This document shows, in pieces, positions 36,828 through 48,723 of a DNA stretch of 64,000 bases. Position numbers and translations under genes: made by a program. The notes under the pieces are model-generated. The model searched no databases. It was not told the DNA's origin and was given only the letters and a program-made list of their open reading frames with translations. Numbering within the stretch: the first letter of the stretch is position 1; every line of letters begins with the position of its first letter. The stretch comes from Marsupella aquatica (lineage: Eukaryota; Plantae; Marchantiophyta), in contig OZ316895.1 in assembly GCA_973895155.1 (NCBI GenBank), positions 11,148,184 through 11,212,183 on the forward strand, in the 5' to 3' direction.

Positions 36828-37880
36828 ATGTTTCCAGACTTCACTCCAATACTACACTCTCCGATCCAGCGAAAGCTCTTGGTTCTTGATCTTAACAAGA
36901 TTTGTTGGGATTGCATTAAGACCAGAAGCTCAGGACCATGGCAAAATCAGACAAGTTTACGTGGTGTGCACTGGGGGAGACGTGGAGGGTTTAATTTCAT
37001 GTATGTGGAGCGCCCCTACCTCCATGAATTTCTATATGCAACTTTCATGGCTTTTGACATCGCAATTTGGACCTGTGCGAGGAGGCCAAAAACAATGGAC
37101 TTAATGGAGATGATTTTCACTAAGGAGGAGCGACAGAAGTTAAAGTTTGTCTTTACTCAAGAAGATACCTTTGATAGTTGCATCCAAAGGCCAAATATAA
37201 CAGACGGGAAGGCCAACTTACTTTTGCAGAATCTGCAAACCATTTGGGACCGTTTTCCAGAAAAATATGATGCTTCTAATACAGTTCTTATTGATGATTC
37301 TCCATTGAAGGCATTTTTGAATTATGACGTGAATGGATTGTTTCCAAATCCATTTACTCACACAGCTTCGAATGACACTTTTTTGCCCGAGATATTATGG
37401 CTGTATCTTTGCAAATTGAGAAAGGCCTACTGTGTTCAACATTATATCACTGTCAACAATCCAAAGTGGTCTGTTTTCAATTTATTAACAAGCAAGGAGG
37501 ATCATGCTGCCATCTATGCTCGTTTGGAGGTGAAGTGGCCGGGGAGATTGTTGTTGTATCCATAAGGAGTTTGGAACCATCTTGATGTGACTCCTGAAGA
37601 GATTCCTTGGGACGGAAAGGAGGAGGTGCAGCATTACCCACCACTAGAGATGTGGACCACGGATGAGATCAAAGAAACTGCAAATGCTATACTTGGAGAC
37701 AACTATTCTGGTCCTCATAGACAAAATAGAAGGCATTTTATTTGGAAAGTTCTAAGAACTAGGGATCTCACCAATAAGTTTAAGAACCATCATGCGAGAG
37801 ATACTTGCAATCGTGACATCCGCTATGATAAATCAGGAAGCAGACTTTCTTGTTTAAATGAGTTTTGTCTTGATCATTAG
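36828..37880 (+). pseudogene. NIF / FCP1-SCP-like HAD phosphatase domain protein
   Basis: KLLVLDLN, ERPYLHEFL...FDIAIWTC, NTVLIDDSPLKAFLN. A stop at 37563-37565 is followed by an in-frame ORF at 37587..37880. Confidence 0.78.
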
Positions 37881-38340
37881 GAGATAGGGTTGCTCTAGTG
37901 CCTACCCTGAATTGTGCATTCATATTATGTCAAAGGATATGTTTTGAACATGTAGGATAAAGTAAACAATTAGAATATGCTTAGTGTGAGGCTCTCTCAC
38001 TAGACTGGACAATTTATTAATTATATTGTGGGTCAATCTCATTATGACCCTTGATTTATCATCATAGATATTTTTAATCTATGGTTTGAGTGGTATTGGC
38101 CTCTGATTTTTGGACTGAATCAAATTTACTTTAATTTATAAATTAATTAGAATATATGATTTAAGTTATTATTAAACATTTGGGTGAAAAAAACAAAATT
38201 TTGGGCATTCAAAAGTGCATATTTGGGCTAAAAAATTTTAAATTTGGGAATGATTTAAAAGAAATTTGGCCCGAAAAAAACAACTTTAGGGTTCATATTT
38301 TGAACTTTTAAAAGTACAGTTTTAATGAATATAGTGATGT

Positions 38341-38981
38341 AGACTCTCTCCAGTCTTGCGCTGGAACTCCTGGAGACCCTTCAACTTATCAGTTCTCACA
38401 CCCTGATAGTTCTACTTCAGTACCTCAAAGAATTCCAACACAGGGTTAAATGCTAGCGCAACTCCAGTTCCTGTCACAATCACACCGGCAGGAGTAGCAG
38501 TGGATGATGCTGGAGTGCTGCTGGTGGATGGTGTGCCACTCTGGCTAGTGCTGCTAGAAGAAGCAGCAGCTATGACAATGGGTTGGGCAGCCGCACTAGT
38601 GCCATAGGTGATGGACACGTAATTAGGCGACCAATGCTGCCTCCATGCCTCAATCTCAACCAAATGAGCCTTCCAAAACTCATGGTAGTCATCCATGGGT
38701 GGCCCCTCCAAATGCTGAAATAATCTCTTCCATGCCATGAAAGGGGTAAACAACGTGGCGTTACGCAATGTCTGCATATCGCACCACGTATCAAACTCCT
38801 GGATGAAGTCATCCAGATCAATCGTGCCAATTGCACCAGAGTATCGTCGTGGGCCCTTCGTAGCCCCGTACATCTCGTCCATATCCCACAACAAAGGTGC
38901 AACCACCTGATGATGAGGAGAATTGGTCACTGAGTCCTCATCGGAATCATTGTTTGAAGCTGCACTGCTGACTGCTACCAA
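38341..38981 (-). pseudogene. Gypsy gag, N-terminal part
   Basis: PRRYSG...DLDDFIQEFDTWC...LFQHLEG, continuing past a stop to LQEFQRKTGESL (retrotransposon gag-like Q..GES). Same strand as pol. Confidence 0.7.
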
Positions 38982-38983
38982 TG

Positions 38984-39621
38984 GGCCTCATTCACAATTG
39001 GGTGTACCTCACAAGAACCACTTTCAGGACTCAAAAACATGTTTTTTTAGTGAAAAATGACTTTCGTAACATGGAAAAAGCTTCATCATGATTTTATCTC
39101 AAGACAGTTAAGTCTAATTTTTTCACAAGACTATTTTACATGGTGTAACCTACCTCACCATGTAGATAAATCAAGTTTTTAACTTTTTTAAGGGATCCTA
39201 TTATTGATGGCCCTAAATAAGCCAAAATTACTGATTATTTTTGTCCTGTAAATAAAGGTTTAGTGTGTGTCAATATTTGAGTTTTAAAATATAAGATTAT
39301 TCTATTAGTATGCATGTCTTGGTAAAATTTCATTGTCTAAAATGCAAGTTTTAGAGTCCTTTTGAGTCCTGAAATGATGTGACTCGTTGCGTGACAAGTC
39401 CTTTTATCGATCTTTGAAGGAAATATAAGGAAAGCTTTAAAGTCTCAAATGCTAGATAGTTTAATCAATGTTACCAACCTACAGAATGTTTATTAAGTAT
39501 AGTACATCAAATTTTGCATATCATCTCATTACACCTTACAAATGATGTCCTAAAGCATAATAAACTATGGTCACTTTTGAGTGTGACGTTCCTTTTGGGT
39601 CCTCCAATTGTGAATGAGGCC
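38984..39621. mobile_element. 638-bp MITE, intact
   Basis: 18-bp perfect TIR GGCCTCATTCACAATTGG and 4-bp TSD AATG (38980-38983, 39622-39625). Second copy at 18651-19257. Confidence 0.93.
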
Positions 39622-40249
39622 AATGCCGTTGGCCAAAACTGCGCCCTACTCCGAGTGAAACCGGTCCGTCATCCATCGGGTAACCCAACAACACCAGAAG
39701 AATCCGTGGTGACCAACCTAACCTAATCTATATGCTAACCCTAAGGGAAATTTGTCTGTGTCAGCACCACAAGCACTCACCATGGTGTGTTGGGCATCAC
39801 TCCAACATCACCGGGAGAGAAATACACAGCACAACTAGAATGTCTGGTTGCAAACCCGGATCATTCCTATGGAATCAAGCGCTCACACCAAACTAACATG
39901 ACGCATAAATAGGAAGTATGTGTGAAGAGGATCCAGAAACAAGAATGGATACCATTCAACTCTCCACACAAAAGCAAATGCAAATCAATATGACAATGTG
40001 CATAAGGTTCAAGGAAGAGCCTTCATAATAGGCTTCACAATGGCACTCCAATGTTGTAGATGAGAATCAAGGCAAAATTGGTTCAATCTATGACTCTAGA
40101 TGGACTCAAAAGTATCAAAAACCCTAAAATAGCCTCTAATTTGGCCTAGAATAGGCCTCTAAACAAATCGGGAAGTGTATAAAGCCCCCTAGCGCTTGAA
40201 TTTAAACAACAAGTTGTGAATGCTTGTGTGTACACAAGGTGGGATGAGA

Positions 40250-40455
40250 ACTTGCGCTTGCGGCTGGGAATAGCCCCGGGATGAGTGACCTCGCGCTTCG
40301 CCTTGCGCTCGCGACTTAGAATAGTCCCAGGATGGGTGACCTCGCACTTCGCCCTTGCGCTCGCAACTCGGAATAGTCCCGGGATGGGATGCGTGACCTC
40401 GCACTTCGCCCTTGCGCTCGTGACTCGGAATAGTCCCGGGATGGGTGACCTCGTG
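40250..40455. repeat. GC-rich tandem repeat, 52-57-bp unit, about 4 copies, in the 5' non-coding part of the gypsy
   Basis: GTGACCTCGCACTTCGCCCTTGCGCTCG..ACTCGGAATAGTCCCGGGATGG repeated. Confidence 0.82.
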
Positions 40456-41532
40456 ATTCGCCTTATGTGCACACAGTTGTGTGTGTACACAAAATAGAAT
40501 TCGTCGGGCTTAAAAATGGCAACATTTGCCACTCGAAAGCAATGATTTCTTTCACAAAAATGCCATCCGACAGCATACACATTTGGCAACATTGGCCCTC
40601 AATCCCTTCACAAAAAATGCAGCTTCAGAAGCGTCAACGATTCACGATAGTTGACAGTTCACTTCCGCACCTGCGTCATTGGCGCCACTACAAATCCAGC
40701 AACATTTGTGAATGTTTCTTCCTGAAAATAGCAGATCGATGTAGGAACACAGTCGAACATCTCCAACTGGGTTTCGTAGATCAACAACCTGCTATCAGAT
40801 CTGGCAACATCTGAAATTGGAAGGAGCAATTTCCTTCATAAAAATAGCAGATCCAATCATAGCTTTGTGAACCCGCCTTTCACAGATCGCAATCCAACCT
40901 TTAGTGCAGATCGACAGAAGCTAACGATCAACACGATAGCCTCAACGTACCAAACTGATTTCCTTCGATAGCCAGCCCACGATAATGTCTAAACTCAAAA
41001 CCTGTCACCAATCACAGATCTGTACATTGATTGGGAAGTAGGCTGATCGGACAGCAACTCAACATCGCTACAGATCGAGATGCCAACGATTTGTTCGGTA
41101 ACAACACACAATCCGAGCTACCACAAACCGTCGACAACTCAATCACTCGAACTTCTGTCCGCACAGTCCGTACAACAGATTTTGAATCTGATCTTTCAAT
41201 GTAATCTCCACAATCAATCGGCACAACGATCCCGGTCAACAATACCCCATCAATCCCGCACCGATCCGATCACACACGTATGTCAAGCCAACGCACCTTG
41301 CACTACTCAAGGAATCCACGTTACACAAGCGGAGCTCACAGCCACCATAGCCACACTCAAGCTCCTCTCTCTCCAAGGCTCAACATTGAAAGATGACCTT
41401 TCAATGCCTCACAAGTGAGAAGTACCCTCTCACACAAACCTAACGGAACCTTATCAGCTCATATAGCACACATACAAACATACGGATCTAGATAGTACGA
41501 TACACTCTAACACTACCTAGAATGGTGTGACA

Positions 41533-43562
41533 CCATCATGTATTGCTTCATTGATGCAACAGACTTACGCATCAACTTCTCCATTTCATTCAGCAAATTC
41601 TCAGAATGTTGCTTACTCTCAAATGCTATGAAGTACCATTCAATGAAGTCCACGAAGACTTTTATGATGTCATTTGGGACCACACCCAATAAACAGAATA
41701 CCAAAACTTGCATAACACATTTGTGCTCAAATCCATGGAAATTGGCATTTGACTGGAAATATCCACATTGGTTATTCCCTGGCAATCTGAATTCAGCATA
41801 ACAACAGTCCTTTTGAATGGCCAGAATTCTTCTGTCAAGCTCCTGCAAAGGACGAGCCTCAAGGTTGAAAGAAGATGCAAAAGCCTGCACACTTCCAACT
41901 AGAGTTTTGAAAATCCCCAAAATTGACTGATGAAGCCCATCAAGCTGTATACACCTGTAGGGGTTACCATTTGATAGACTACTGCCTGCAAAACCCCATA
42001 ATGCACACTCCACAATTCCATAACAATATAGTGATCTAGGGTAGCCTAAACTTAGTGTGTATATTATTGGGCTAGATTAAGTTTAGCAAATTAAAATCCA
42101 TGAAACTAATAACTTACTAGGTTCAAAAACAGACCAGCTACATTATCATAAACAACACAGATTAATATTGTACCTGCAATGGATGAATCAAATGTTGCTT
42201 TGCTAATGCCTCGTGTTCTAGAGGACACTCCTCTATTTCTTCCAGTATTTGTTTCATCATGGTCTCTGTTCTGTAAGGAAACCTCTTTGTAACATCACTT
42301 AAGGATTCTCGTGGACAACAACAGCAACTACAAGGATATTTTGCCTTGTTAGTATCATATGTGCAAGTAATTTTGGAGCCTTCCGTCTGGTCACAAATAT
42401 ACAGGCACAGCCTTGGAAACACCCACTGTGATTGGCCTGATGGGTCTGTCAGATGAACCCCGGTTTTGCTTGCTTCCTTCAAAGATGCTAGAATAAGCTC
42501 TTGACACTTGTGAAGTAGTTCCAATTTAGCCTTGCTGGGCATACGTGTCTCTGATATACCTGAAATCAGTCCCACAATATAAGTTTGCATGGCAAGTTAA
42601 ATCTTCCTGAACTGTAACTCAGTCGTTTACTATATCAGAAATGATCAGATTTGTTTTCATCAATCAATCAAATGAATCAACAATCGTACATTACCTGGAT
42701 CATGAGTTCCCATTATAGGAAGTATTGCTAATAGTGCATGGCCTCCAGGCAGGCTCATCAAATTGCTGCTGAGGGGCCAACCTTGAGTCCTTCTATTGTG
42801 TGATATTAAAGAAGTCTGGTCCGAATACAATATGATGGGGGCAATAACTCCTCCTGAACAACTTGATTGAACATCCTGCTCCATCTCTTCCCCAGTTTGC
42901 AAAGTCGTGTAGAGTTTGGCATTTTCTTCAGTGATTACTGAGGAACAAATGGCAAAACCTTCCTTGTTTTTAGGAGATGAATATAGCTCTTCTAAAACAG
43001 TCAATGGATTTCTAAAAAACATATGAACACTAGGAGCATTCCTGATTTCTTGTCATACCTCAACTTTCTCCCAATTAATACCATCTTGTTGTTCTATTAA
43101 AGCTTCTTCATACTTACAAACCTCTGCAGCAGTTTTCAACTGAATTTTTCTAAGGTCAAATTCAGGGTGATTCAAAAGGTGCAACAACAAATTCATATCT
43201 TTCTAAGACAATCCACCTCCATTGTGGCATTGCCTCATAAACAACACAAGGTGAAAAGTAACGTCAAACTCTTGTATTCTCTTAGCAGGACTCTCATCAA
43301 GTAATGTAGAAAATAGTCCCTCAGCAGGGATCTCTGTGTCTGAATCCACATCCACATTGGTAGTTGGCTGCAAAGGATCACTTGTATCATCTATGCTATT
43401 CTCATCAACATTCATCTCCTGATACTACTGTTCATCTTCAGCCCTCATCATAGCTCTTTGCTTTGATATGCATAATCCATTCTGAGCCTGGTGGCTCCGT
43501 AATGCCCAACTATCACAAAATCCCACTCTGCCACAAAAATCACACTGCAATCTTGATGCCAT
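41533..43562 (-). pseudogene. N-terminal half of the Plavaka-type transposase gene
   Basis: ATG at 43562 gives MASRLQCDFC...LRSHQ (Zn finger-like), followed by FRNPLTVLEEL, PIILYSDQT, PRLCLYICDQTEGSKITC...PCSCC and LDGLHQSILGIF. Introns and frameshifts are present. Confidence 0.75.
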
Positions 43563-43928
43563 CCTATTGAACTCGGGTTACTTAAGGGCTTTATGGAGGA
43601 CAGTCACAATCGACTGCTTTGAGGAACTTTGTAACAACATAGGCTGCGAATGTTGAGGAGACAACGGACGAATGTTGAGGGACGGGAGACAAAGTGCTTG
43701 AAGGTCGTGGATGCATAAATCTGTGCATTTGCACTCATAGCAGAGACGGGAAGCAAATAGGAGTAGTGTGTATAACAGTATTGCATAGTTTTTCTTCGTG
43801 AGCTATTGAGCACTGGAGTTGGGATTCAAGGAGTGACAATTAATCTTCTTCCAATCCAGGTTGTAGAATCGAAGAGTTCCAAATTGGGGGAAGTACAAGC
43901 GAAGATAGCAGTCGGAGAAGATGGCATC

Positions 43929-43967
43929 ATTACCTTGGAGGTGGAGAGCTCCGATACTATTGACAAT
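43929..43967 (+). pseudogene. 39-bp ubiquitin gene fragment
   Basis: Translates ITLEVESSDTIDN, which equals ubiquitin residues 13-25 with plant/fungal-type S19 and D24. The flanks do not continue ubiquitin. Confidence 0.75.
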
Positions 43968-46541
43968 GCAAATTAAGACAATTTACTAAGATTCAATAAA
44001 TTTGACCCATGCGGCTCGCTTGGTCGCTGACTACCTGCTCATTGCAGTACAATACTGGTCGTCGCAAGAGCATTAGCAGCATAAGTACTGTGTGTGCCAA
44101 TGATGGCCTTTATGTCTCCAACAAAGTAGTTGAAAATAGAAAGGTAGTTGTCATAAATTGTACTTGAGGAGAAGAGTCAACTCGATGGCGCAGGGAAGGA
44201 TCAAATTGCAGAAGGTATGGTTTGTCCAGATGTCCAAGACAACAAGAAATTGTCAACAACAGTATGCATGGGTGTCTTGCCGCCTCGGGGGGTCAACTAT
44301 CAAAAACTTTAGGAACCACGTGCGATCCAAAATAGGTACTTTCGATAAAAATTAGCTAAATTTTTAAAAAGCGTAAGATGCAAAAGAAGGTGTTTTTATG
44401 CCATTGGATGAATTTATAAAGTAAAATAGGGTACTTCATTGTTTCAGTGATGGTTTTTGGAGGCTTGTGAAGGTAATCTCTCGCATGGTATGCACACTTT
44501 CTATCAGCTTAGTAAAATAGTGCAACTTTGCTTTTAAAACCCAAGTACATACTACAAAGCTCTTATTTCATTGGTTTGTCAGAAGAATCTCACGCATGGC
44601 ATGCACACCTTTGCCAACAGCTTTGAAAGTAAGACGTTGGACAAGAGAAAGGGAGAGACTCTACACATCTGAGCAAGGCGCTGGAAAGTGAGCAAGGCGC
44701 TGGAAGGAGCGAGCAAGGCGCTCGAAGAAAAGACGAAGAGATTGTGCACATTGCGGGACAGAGAAGACAAGAAGGTGAAGAGGCTGAAGCTTGCACAACC
44801 ATCTTAGTACTACTATACAACTTTGCTTTTAAGACCTAGGTACGTACACAAAGCTCTTATTTAGTTATTTCACTTGTTTTTTATGATGGCTTGTCAGTAA
44901 AATCTCACGCATGTCATGCACTATACTTTCTGGCCACACATGTCATGCACTGTACTTTATGGCCACACATGTCATACCTTTTAAACATTGCACGAGCTAG
45001 GCCTTTCGTTTGTTATTTGTTCTTACTTGCTCTATTACTTGGTTATTGTGAACTGTAACTGCTTTTTGTATAATCAGAAAACCTTGCGCGGTTACCAAAG
45101 CTACTTGTTGTGAATGTTTGGAATCAAATAAGAGTTTTCTCAAAGAATCTCTTCTCTGCACAATAGTCTTCTTGACTTGTGCAACGTGACTTGTTTTCCT
45201 GATAATAATTTCTACTAAAAGACATACTGTAGATGGACTTACTTTGACTTTTAATACTTCTAAAATACAAGAAGTCTGGTAGCAATTTCTCATTGATAGC
45301 CATACTATAGGTTCACAATCATTAGTATCTTATTCTATACATTTTGTCATTGCATGTGGAATTTGGTGATTGTGTGCTGTAAAATGTGTGTACAGTAAAT
45401 AATTCAATTTGTGTTTGAAGATTGAAAGTGAGTAATTTAAGATCCAAATATTGAGAGGTCTTGGATTGGTTGGATATTGTTGTCACTCCACATGGGTCAT
45501 GTTTTTGTGATTTTCTGGTGAAGATTTGATATGTTTATTTTGTTGGCACAATGGATATTAGAGCACAATTAATGACTCCTTTTCATGTTACTTTCAATGT
45601 CATTTTTTTCCATTTCTGCTATCTTCTCACATTCAGATTAGAGGATGCGTACCTATTTGCTTCTTGCTTTCTCTCTAAGTTTTCTTTCCTCTCATCAATT
45701 GAGCAATTATACTTTGAATGAGAGGATTGCAAGGAGGATTGGTAGCCAAGCCAGTCGTATTTTAAGCATCGACTGCTTCATTTAGTAGTCTTTGAACTAG
45801 GAAGGATACTCCGTAAACTCTACCAATTAGCTCGGCTTGAATTGTTCTAGGAGAAAAGTTTTTGGGCATGTAATTGATGAGCTTGGTCTTGTTAAAATTG
45901 TTGTGACTGCTGTTAGTAGTTCAATTTTTGTTCTTCTCGACTATGGTGTGTTTATTCTTTGATGCATTGCAATTTCTACAAAGCAACTACCTTCTTACTA
46001 CGTTGCATTTTGGCTCATTGTTGCTAAATATTGGCTTGCTTTTCTTCTTTCTAAATTCAAGGAACGTACAACCAACATTTACCTGAATCCTTCTAGTATC
46101 CTAATTGAATTTATCTATCAACTTTTGCCTTAGCTTTAAGTAGCCTAACTCACTTTTTTCAATGAAGCAAGTCTATTGAAATCACAATAATTTATCAACT
46201 CAATGATGCTATTGGAAATCTGCTCGTCTTAGTGGCACTTGGTAGGATGGTGAGAAAGTTGCATAAGTTGTGTTATACGTCTAGATAATATCTCGGAGGG
46301 TGGAAGATCTCTCTATGAAATTGCTTTTCAATTGATCTTGAACAAGTCATAATTGAATGTCTTTAAAGGCTGCTAGTTTTCTTTCTCTTGTAAACTATGA
46401 TTAGCGTTTGAATACTTTATTCATTGTTGAAGTTGAGAATGAAGGTTGTTTCATAACTTTTTGTCATTGCACCAATTTTAGCCTTGTCTCGCTCCACACT
46501 ACCACACTTTTGCAGTATATAGCTGGAGGATAACACTAATC

Positions 46542-47012
46542 ATGGAGGATTTGAAAAATCTTTTCAATGAACGTCACGACATTGGTCCTCGACATATGTT
46601 TGAGGATATCCATTGTTGTTTTATTGATGGAGAAAAGATCTCTAAAACAAGACTCAATATTCTTTCAAAAAGGCTTCTACACTATGGTGGGACAAAATCC
46701 TCCAAGATTAGGATAGAAACCACACATGTGGTTGCAGCAAGCTGGAAAGATTGCCATTGTCGATTCTTTGGCAAGTTGGATGTACTTGAGAAAGTAGCTG
46801 AGAAAATCCCTATTGTTTCATATGATTGGATATCAGAATGCTTGAAGCATTCTGATATAGTAGACGTGTTTGGCTTCTTGCTGCACCCTAGTTGTGTACA
46901 GATTCAAAGAGATTGGGAAAAAGAGAAGGCTGAAATGGACAAGGATGCATGGAAGACACTGGTAGCTCGTAGACTTGCAGCAAGAGAATTTGTGCCAAAG
47001 AGATATTTGAAG
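46542..47012 (+). CDS. BRCT-domain exon of cargo gene
   Basis: FEDIHCCFI...LLHYGG...TTHVVA...IVSYDWISECLK, ending at the donor AAG|GTATG (47013). Confidence 0.8.
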
Positions 47013-47401
47013 GTATGAAGAATTTAGAGGGAGTGCACCTATTTTAGAGCAAAAACTCTAAAATAATGATAGGGCACACATCAAATAGTGTAAGCATACC
47101 ATTAATGACTATCACAATTTTTGAACTATTTGGAATTGAATGGATTAAAATTTGTTTTAAATTGAATTGGAAACATGGAAATTGTTTGGAATTGATTTGG
47201 ATTATATTGGATATATTAGAATTTTGTTTGGAATTGATTTGGATTGTATTGAATTTATTAGAATTTTGTCTGGAATTGATCTGGATTGTATTGGATATAT
47301 TTGAATTTTGTTTGGAATTTATTTGGATTGTATGTATTGGATTTTATTTGTTACTTATGATTTGAAATGGAATGCACATGCATGTTTGTATGTGATTGCA
47401 G

Positions 47402-48352
47402 GAATAAGTTTGGATTTTTTTGGGTTCAACAGTTGTAGACATGGATAATGCAGGACCATCATCCCCATCAATATGGGTGGACATAGATGTACCATTTTCA
47501 GCACATCCTAAAAGAATTTGTCGCGCCCCTATTCAGGAAGGTGAGCCTGTCAGAGTAGAACCTTTGTTCACAGAAAACACTATGGTGCCAGATTCTTTGA
47601 CGGCGGAACCACCTTCCCCACCATCACCTCCTTTGGAAGGAGTACCACCTCCTAAAATACCTAAAACCCCTCATACAACATTCTCTAAGTTAGTGACACC
47701 TTTGGCAACACATGATCCTGAAGAACTGATTTTGAGAGGCACAGGCAAGTATGCCCCTGCCATTGATGCATTTACATCAGCTGAGGTTTGTGTATTGGAG
47801 CCTCCTATTTGTGTCATATGTGATGATGGAGGAGATTTGGTGTATTGTGAGGGAAAATGCAAGCGACATATCCATCCTTGTTTGGCAGATGGCCAAGTTT
47901 CCCAATATGTGACCTTGACATGTGCGTATGCTGTCATAAAGAATATGAATGGATTCTATTGCAACAACTGTTTGCTTTCCAAGCATCAGTGCATGATATG
48001 TGGGGAGATGGGATACAGTGAGCGGAAGGATGGACATAGGAAAAACATCTTCCAATGTACTAGGGAAGACTGTTATGCATTCTTCCACTTACGTTGTTTT
48101 GAGAAGAAATTGGACCATGCGGCTTGGATTGGATTTGTTGACAGGATCCGGAGGAATCCTTCTAGTTTTGAATGTAATCGACATGCTTGTTTTCTTTGTA
48201 ATCTCCCAGGAGAGGACTTTACACATCTTGTTCAGTGTAGAAGGTGCCCCAAAGCATGGCATCTCACTTGTCTACCAGAGGTTGGTCATTTCACAGTCCA
48301 GGATAGGGGTCACACATGGAAATATGCCTATTTCCTACTCATGCCATTGTAG
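47402..48352 (+). pseudogene. EDM2/NSD-like tandem PHD-finger exon of cargo gene
   Basis: CVICDDGGDLVYCEGKCKRHIH...CNNC, HQCMICG...FQC...CYAFFH..C, ECNRHACFLC...VQCRRCPKAWH..CLP. The acceptor TTGCAG at 47401 is in frame with the BRCT exon, with one TAA just after it. Confidence 0.82.
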
Positions 48353-48723
48353 AGAAGTACAAGACCCCTCGCCGTAATCATGTGGATCTGTGGCCCCGTC
48401 CACACAACATAGAGGACTAAATTGTAGTTTTGAGGATGCATTGAAGTAACAACACTCAATTTAGAGGAACCTCCTTGACTTGAAACACAAAGTACACATA
48501 TAAGTAACTTTTTCATATTTGTGCATGAATCATTTTCTTATGAGCTATTATTTATGGATGATTGGATGAATACTAAATTTGGGGAGTTGAAATGTATCAA
48601 GTGAATATTAAATGAAAATTGTACTACTTAGACCTTGTGGATATCTATTATAGCTAGAATGATGATAAGGGTGTACAAAGACTATTGAGTATGACTCTAA
48701 GTTGTATTTGACTACAGTTGCAG

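Larger units (their letters stand above)
27394..38340. mobile_element. Large cargo-bearing DNA transposon (Sola-like DDD transposase), truncated on the left, lying between gypsy gag and protease
   Basis: Gag breaks off at about 38341 and the protease resumes at about 27393. In between are a transposase, tandem repeats and divergently oriented cargo genes. No TIR or TSD recovered, so boundaries are approximate. Confidence 0.6.
14163..41532 (-). mobile_element. Ty3/gypsy-type retroelement (gag-PR-DNMT-RT-RH-IN-PHD) with nested insertions
   Basis: TGTC...GACA ends flanked by CCAT (14159-14162, 41533-41536). The insertion splits a Plavaka ORF whose halves rejoin. Gag is at 38341-38981 and pol at 22361-27393. 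Matching LTRs were not found by eye. Confidence 0.72.

Noticed and set aside
40146-40592. ORFs over the GC-rich tandem repeat
   Set aside because: The peptide periodicity mirrors the DNA repeat, and there is no domain.
47066-47365. Hydrophobic repeat ORF (LELIWI..)
   Set aside because: It is the translation of a roughly 42-bp tandem repeat inside the BRCT-PHD intron.
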